A stretch of DNA of 64,000 bases. Origin: an uncultured Armatimonadetes bacterium (GTDB taxonomy: Bacteria > Armatimonadota > UBA5829 > DTJY01). Positions 57,808-64,000 of this stretch are shown here, piece by piece (the first letter of the stretch is position 1; each line of letters opens with the position of its first letter). The notes under the pieces are model-generated. The model did no database searches. It was not told the DNA's origin and saw only the letters and a program-made list of their open reading frames with translations. The stretch is from NCBI GenBank assembly GCA_963717145.1, contig OY970325.1, forward strand, positions 5,302,868 to 5,366,867, written 5' to 3'. The position numbers and the translations under genes were made by a program.

Positions 57808-60556
57808 CTAGCCATTATGGGTACCTGTCGTAAGGAATGGCACGATGCCCGCCGGCAACAAGGCCGAATCGGCATAGCCCGAGATGTAGAGCACTTTTAA
57901 CTGGGGTCGCGAAGCTTGCAGTTGTTCGGCCAGTTGGCAGCCATTCAACCGCGGCATTACGACGTCGGTAACCAGCATCTCAATCGGTCCTTGGTGTCGC
58001 ACGGCGATCGACAACGCCTCGGCGCCGTCAGCCGCCTCGATCACGCTATATCCTTGGCGCCTCAGCATTGCCGACGCCAGCTCTCTGACCCGCTGGTCGT
58101 CTTCGACCACCATGACCGTCTCTCTGCCTTTGGGCGCGACCGACACCGGGTCGAGTGAATGTGTGCTGTCAGCAGCTTCCTGCGCCGCGCGGCAGATAGA
58201 CCTGAAACCTCGCACCTTGTTGTGGCTGACTGTCGACGGTCACAAATCCTCCCGACTGTCGGACAATGCCATACACCATGGCCAATCCCAAACCGGTGCC
58301 TTTGCCCGGCTCTTTTGTCGTGAAGAACGGTTCGAAGGCGCGCAACCTTGTGGCCTCATCCATGCCTTGTCCGGTGTCGGAGATTGACAGCACCACATAG
58401 TCGCCTGGCGGCACTTCGCCGGCGGCGACTGACTCAGGAATTTGCTCGTTACGGGTCTCGATGGTCAAGACGCCTCCGTCCGGCATGGCGTCTCGCGCAT
58501 TGATGACCAGATTGAGCACTACCTGTTCGAGCTGTCCGACGTCGGCCAGCACTTTGCCCGTATCGGGAGCGAGCAAGAGCACGTGGGTGACTTGCTCGCC
58601 GATCAACCGGAACAATATCTTCTTCATGCCGTCGACGGCGGCGTCAAGCCGGACCACCCGCGGGCGAAGCAATTGCTTGCGGCTGAAGGCCAAGAGCTGA
58701 CGGGTGAGATCGGCCGCCTTACGGGCCGCGTCGTGGATGGCCTCGACCGGCTCAACGAGCGCATCGCTTTGACCTAAGCTGCTGCGGAGAATGTCCGCAT
58801 AGCCGAGAATGATGGTCAGCATGTTGTTGAAGTCGTGAGCGACCCCGCCCGCCAGCCGGCCAATTGCTTCCATCTTCTGCGATTGGCGAATTTGCTCTTC
58901 CAATTGGTTTTGCTCGGTCATGTCCGCGTGCATACCCAGCGCCGCGACGACCTCGCCCTTGTGGTCGCGGAGCGATGCGGTCCACAAGCTGACGTCGACC
59001 GGCGCACCTTCCTTGCGACGACGCTGCATTCGCCGAGCAAACGATCGGTGTCCCGTGAACTCCTCGGCAATCGGCCCTTCGAGCCACCCATCGGCGCCGG
59101 GCTGCAGAAACGGCGATGGTCGCCCGATCACCTCCTCGGCGGTCCAGCCGAACAACCGTTCGGCGGCGGGGTTCCACATCAGCACACGGTGGCTGCGATC
59201 GATGGTCACGATCGCCAGCGGCGAAGCCTCGATCAGCGACTGGAGGATGGCGTTGGTCGCGCGGATCGAACTTTCCGTCCGTTTACGCTCGATACCTAGC
59301 GCGATTTGGTTCGCGACGGTGGCCAGAGATTCGATCACCGCGGAAGTAAGCTGGGTTTTGCCAAACAGAGTGATCACCCCGACCATGCGTTGTTCGACAA
59401 TCAGCGGATAGCCAGCAAACGACGTTCCGTGCGGGCGATCGTCGCCGCGCTCGCCTCGTTCGCCCACATCCTGAACGTCGTTGCTGGTGACCGGTTTCCC
59501 AAGCCGGACTATTTCTAGGACGCTGGGGATGTTGGGGGCCAGCGCGGAACGAGGATCAGCCGACGCCTGGCATTCCCCCGCGGCAGCGGCTAGTTCTGGC
59601 CGCGCATTGACGTCGGACATGGTCCAGATCTGCGCTGCCGATGCATCGAGGTTTCGCACAATTGAACCGGCCGATTGGCGCAGCATCTCGCCCAGCGAAT
59701 CGCATTGCGTGAGTGCGAAGCCGACGTCGGCCTGCAGCGCTGCCAGCCGCGCTCGCTCCACCAGGCGCACTTCGAATTGCTTCTGCGTGGTGATGTCGCG
59801 CACCACGGCGCTGAACGTCAGGCTGCCCGCGGCGCGAACTGGCCAGACCAGCAGCTCCACCGGCACTGTGCCGCCGTCGCGGCGCAATGCAGAAACTTCG
59901 ATCCGGCTGTTGAGAATCCGCGACTGCCCGCTAGCCAGGTAACGGCGTAAACCCTCGACGTGCGCGGCCCGGTTGGCCGGCGGCACCAGGACGTCCTGCA
60001 TCAGCCGGCCCAGCACCTCGTCGCGGCTCCAGCCGAACACGACCTCTGCCTGGGCGTTCCATTCGATGATCCGCCCTGCGCTATCCATCTCAACGTAGGG
60101 ATCGTTGGCGGTATCGAGGATCACGCGCGTACGCAACTGGACGTCGCGCAGCGCTTCTTCGACCCGGCGATGCTCGGTGCGGAGCTGGCGGTTTGCCAGA
60201 GCTGAGCGGACAGCGTCTCCCAGCCGCGCCAGGCGGTCCTTGAGCAGATAGTCCCAGGCGCCGGCGCGAACGGCCGCCACAATCATCTCTTCGGGCACCG
60301 CGCCCGAAACGATCAACAGGGGAACATCCAGACCTTGCTGTCCGAGCAGCTCGATCGCGCACAGCGCGTCAAACCCCGGCAGAGAGTAGTCGCAGAGAAT
60401 GACGTCCAGCTCGGCGGTGAGCTGGGCGAGGAACTCCTTCTCCGTCTCAACGCGAACGATCGCCGGCGCAAAGTCGGCCGCGGCCAGCTGGTCGGCAAGC
60501 AACCGCGCATCCGCAAGACAATCCTCGACCAGCAGAACTCTCAGGGGTGTCGCCAC
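57808..60556 (-). CDS. Hybrid sensor histidine kinase REC-PAS-GAF-PAS-HisKA-HATPase-REC; frameshift near 58185, C-terminal REC truncated
   Basis: LLVED, GRLAGGVAHDFNN, NLVINARDAM, EPFFTTK..GKGTGLGL, VVEDD/LVTDVVMP. Confidence 0.85.
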
Positions 60557-60624
60557 GAAGATCCTTCCCGTCGAGCCGCTATTGCGCCGCGACCGCATCC
60601 GCGACCATGTCGAGGGCCACCGGC

Positions 60625-61090
60625 TCAGCCGATGACGATGGGTCGCGCACTTATTGATCAGCAGCCAGTACATACCCCAATTGTCTCATCGACCTCGGTG
60701 AACTGCGCAAAATCCACCGGCTTGACGATGTAGCTGTTGACGCCCAGCTCGTAACAGCGGCTAGATGTCCTGCTCCTCCCGCGAGGAGGTCAGCACCACC
60801 ACCGGGATGGTCCTCGTGTCGGGGGTCCGACTTGACGCGCTGCCAGGACCTCCAGGCCGTCCACCCTGGGCAGCTTCAGGTCCAGCAGAATCAACTCGCG
60901 GAGCCCTGGTCCGGAGCTCCCGCCCGTCGAAGCGCCGGTGGCGAAGATGAACTCCAGCGCCTCGGCCCCGTCGCGCGCCACCTGCAATCCGGTTGGCCAG
61001 GTTGTGCGTTCAGAAGCGCATGCAAGCGCCAGCTCCACGTCGTTCGGATTGTCCTCGACCAGCAGGATCTCAACCGGTATGATCGTTCAT
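60625..61090 (-). CDS. Single-domain response regulator (Rcp-like), several frameshifts
   Basis: Fragments ILLVED, ILLDLKLP.VDG.EVL, GVNSYIVKPVDF, YWLLIN in shifting frames. Confidence 0.7.
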
Positions 61091-61099
61091 GATGCCTCC

Positions 61100-63053
61100 T
61101 CAGATCGTGAAGTAGAACGTCGCGCCCTGGCCCACTTCGGCCTCGGCCCAGACGCGGCCGCCGTGGCGGCGGATGATGCGCTGGACGATGGCCAGCCCGA
61201 CGCCCGTGCCTTCGTACTCCTCGGCGCGGTGCAGCCGCTGAGAAGACGCCGAACAGCTTGTCGGCGTAGCGCATGTCGAAGCCCACGCCGTTGTCCTTGA
61301 CGAAATAGGTCCAGCGGCCCGGCTGATCGCCGGCGCGGCAGCCGACCTCGATCCGCGGCGATTCTCGCCGGGCCGAGTACTTCATCGCGTTGGACAGCAG
61401 GTTGATCCACACCTGCTTGAGCATCGCCGGGTCCGCCTGACAATCCGGCAAGTGCCCCAGGGTCACCTCGACTGGCTGCTCGTTGGTCACAGCGAGCTCC
61501 TGCACGCATTGCGCGACCAGCTTGTCTACTGACACCTGTTGCAATTTGACCGGCTGGCGCCCCAGTCGTGAGAACGCCAGCAGGTCGTCCACCAGTTGCC
61601 CATTTTCTGGGTGTTGCGCCGCACGTCTTGCAAGTATTCCTGCGCCTCGGGCGGAATGCTCTGGGCAAACTCTGCCAGCAGAATCCGCGAGAAGCCGTCG
61701 ATCGCGCGCAGGGGAGCCCGCAAGTCGTGCGAAACCGAGTAGGAGAATGCTTCGAGCATCCTGATTGGCGGCTTGCAGCTCCGTAGTCCGATCGCGCACC
61801 CGCTCTTCAAGCTCGGCGTGAGCCAGCCGCACCGCGTCCTCCGCCTGTTTGCGACGCGTAATGTCGACGACGGCAGCCAGCACCAGCGAGCCTTGGTACG
61901 TCCACGGCGTTTAAGGCCACTTCGACCGGCAGCTCGCTGCCATCCTTGCGGCGCCCGGCCAGGTCGCGGCCGACGCCCATGGGTCGCGTCACAGGATTTT
62001 GAAAGTACGCATCGCGATCGGCGACGTGGCGGTCCCGCACACGATCGGGCACGAGCAACTCGATCGGCTGACCCAATAGCTCTTCGCGGTTGTAGCCAAA
62101 CAGCGTTTCTGTCGTCGAGTTTACCATCACCATCTGCCCGTTGCGGTCGACCATGATCATGGCGCTGGGCACGACTCCACGGCCAAGCGAAATTTCTCCT
62201 CAGCTTGAGCGCGGAGCGACTGCATTCGATTCAACTGCATCGCAACGACGAACACGACTGCCGAAAACACCACCACGTCTGCAATCGTGCGGAGCAGGCA
62301 GCCGAACTGCGCGTCGAACCATCCATAGCGCATGCCCAGGATTGGTATCAAACCCATCACGGCCGGCAGAGCGAGCGTCAGCGGCAGCATTCCGCGGGCG
62401 ACCGTGCCCCGACGCCGCGACTAGTGAACAGCTCAACGAGCGATGCTTGAGGCCGACCGCACAGCGATGCCAAGGCCAGCAGCAATACGCTCACCGCCTC
62501 TGGTGCGGACATCGCCGCGGAGTAATCGCTTCGATAGACGTCTTCCACGCCGTATACATATCGCAACAAGGTCGACATGCGCGAGGAGACCGGTGCTGAT
62601 GACGAGGACTTGCAGCCCGATGGTTCCTGCTAGAGATTGGGGCAGTAACAACGCCACGCCCAAGAGAGCGAAGCACACCGCGATAGGGCACGCGGGCAGG
62701 TGGCGAAATTGGCAGCACGCCCGCCAGAGCTCCAGTCCGTTGCCCGACGCGACGGCGACCATTGCCGCCACTCCCAATGCCGTAGCCATGAGTGCCGCGG
62801 TGCGCGCGACCCATTGTCCACGACCAACGCCTTCGGCAGACTGAGATGTCGCCACAGCCACGCCCAACAGCAGAAATCCGACGGCTGCACTGGCGGACAT
62901 GGGGCCATGCGCAACCGCAAGTCTTTGGAGCAGCGGCAGATCAAATACCCAGCCCGACATCACGACCAGGGCGACCACTGCAACGGCAATGCCGCAGCAA
63001 CGCCCCAGTCGGGCCAATCGACGCACCGAGATTGCCACAGGTAAAACGATCAT
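61100..63053 (-). CDS. Membrane PAS sensor histidine kinase, multiple frameshifts
   Basis: TM region, PAS ([20 protein letters not shown]), [33 protein letters not shown]. Confidence 0.75.
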
Positions 63054-63274
63054 CTGTTAAACCTGTAGCATCGAATTGGGCCATCCCGCGCACCCGGCGC
63101 CGCTCGAAGGGTCGAACTAGGCAATATGCCTAGACGATCCTAGTTCCTGGCCCCGACCACCGGACCGATTGGTGGTTTTGCACTCAGTGGACTGTGCGAT
63201 TGTGCGCGCAACGCACAATCGCACTCCGTCGCAAGCCAATGAAGCAAGGGCGAGCAGAAACCCGCAACGAGACT

Positions 63275-64000
63275 TTAGCGCGAAGCTTCGCTCGTCGACA
63301 ATTCACCCCAGACCCGCGGGGTCACGAAGTCGCGGCCCTTTGGGCGGGCCTTCGGCGGCAAGGCCTCCTTGGCGATTGCCTCGTAGCGCTGGCGCAACCG
63401 CGCGACAATCGACGGTTGCTCATCAGCACAGTTGTGCTTTTCGCCCGGATCGGTGGCCAGGTCAAACAGTTCGACCGTAGCGACGGGCAGTTCTCCGGCT
63501 GCCGGGGTCTTTTCGCCGTCACCAACTCCCTGTTGACCATTGAGCACCAGTTTCCAGTCGCCGGCGCGAATTGCGCCGTGCTGCGGCGTGGTGTTGATCA
63601 CGATCTCCTCGTGCGGCGAGCCAGCCTGCGCCGTGATCGTGGGCCACAGGTCGCGCCCGTCAATTGGCAGCGGCTGGTCGAGCGAACCGCCGGCCAGCTT
63701 GATGAGCGTGGGATACCAATCCACCATGTGCAGCGGCGCGTTGACGGTCGTGCCCGGCAAGATCTTGCCCTGCCAGGCGGCAAAGGCGCAGGTCCGCACG
63801 CCACCTTCGTAAATCGTTCCCTTGCCGCGCGCAGCGGACCATTGCTCGTCACGCGACCCGGCGCGGGTCCGCCGTTGTCGCTCGAGAAAACGAACAGCGT
63901 GTTGTCGTTCAGCCCGGCGGCGTCGATCGCGTCAGCAATCTGCCCGACGGCTTCATCCATCGCCGCCAGCATGCCCGCGTAAATCTTAGCAATACGTGGC
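63275..64000 (-). CDS. Arylsulfatase (partial, runs off the window; frameshift near 63820)
   Basis: MDEAVG, FSSDNGG, DWYPT, DG.DLWP, GDWKL, ELFDL..DP.E. Confidence 0.85.

Noticed and set aside
60556..60673. Fusion of the response regulator to the hybrid kinase
   Set aside because: Lies in an indel-rich block; a separate GTG start at 60556 and a shifted stop near 60625 explain it

Overview
GC-rich bacterial chromosomal window, most likely from a long-read metagenomic assembly. The host style is consistent with Armatimonadota (inference from protein style, not verified). From left to right: a TolC-MacA-MacB-ATPase efflux operon; a sugar-phosphate isomerase; tandem GNATs; two tandem TMTC-like (GT-C + TPR) membrane glycosyltransferases; a MASE3-GAF-PP2C phosphatase; a GH127 with a large unknown secreted protein; PMM/PGM, serS, lemA, motAB, cdsA, a GH2, an AAA/DUF4143 ATPase and glnS; a partner-switching module (PAS-RsbT-like kinase, STAS, PP2C); tRNA-Gln(CTG); a c-di-GMP-II riboswitch ahead of a 1.4-kaa LVIVD surface protein and hypE; a hyp/[NiFe]-hydrogenase operon; msrBA; a radical SAM gene; toxin-antitoxin genes; and a frameshift-rich, compositionally foreign two-component/sulfatase block from about 57.85 kb. 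At least five families of palindromic REP-like repeats are scattered through the host part. Several sit in frame inside proteins or supply stop codons and ribosome-binding sites. The frameshifts I traced (isomerase, first TMTC-like gene, motA, glnS, hybrid kinase) are all single-base insertions and are probably sequencing errors. Two segments (about 29.0-31.0 kb and >57.85 kb) look chimeric or recently acquired.
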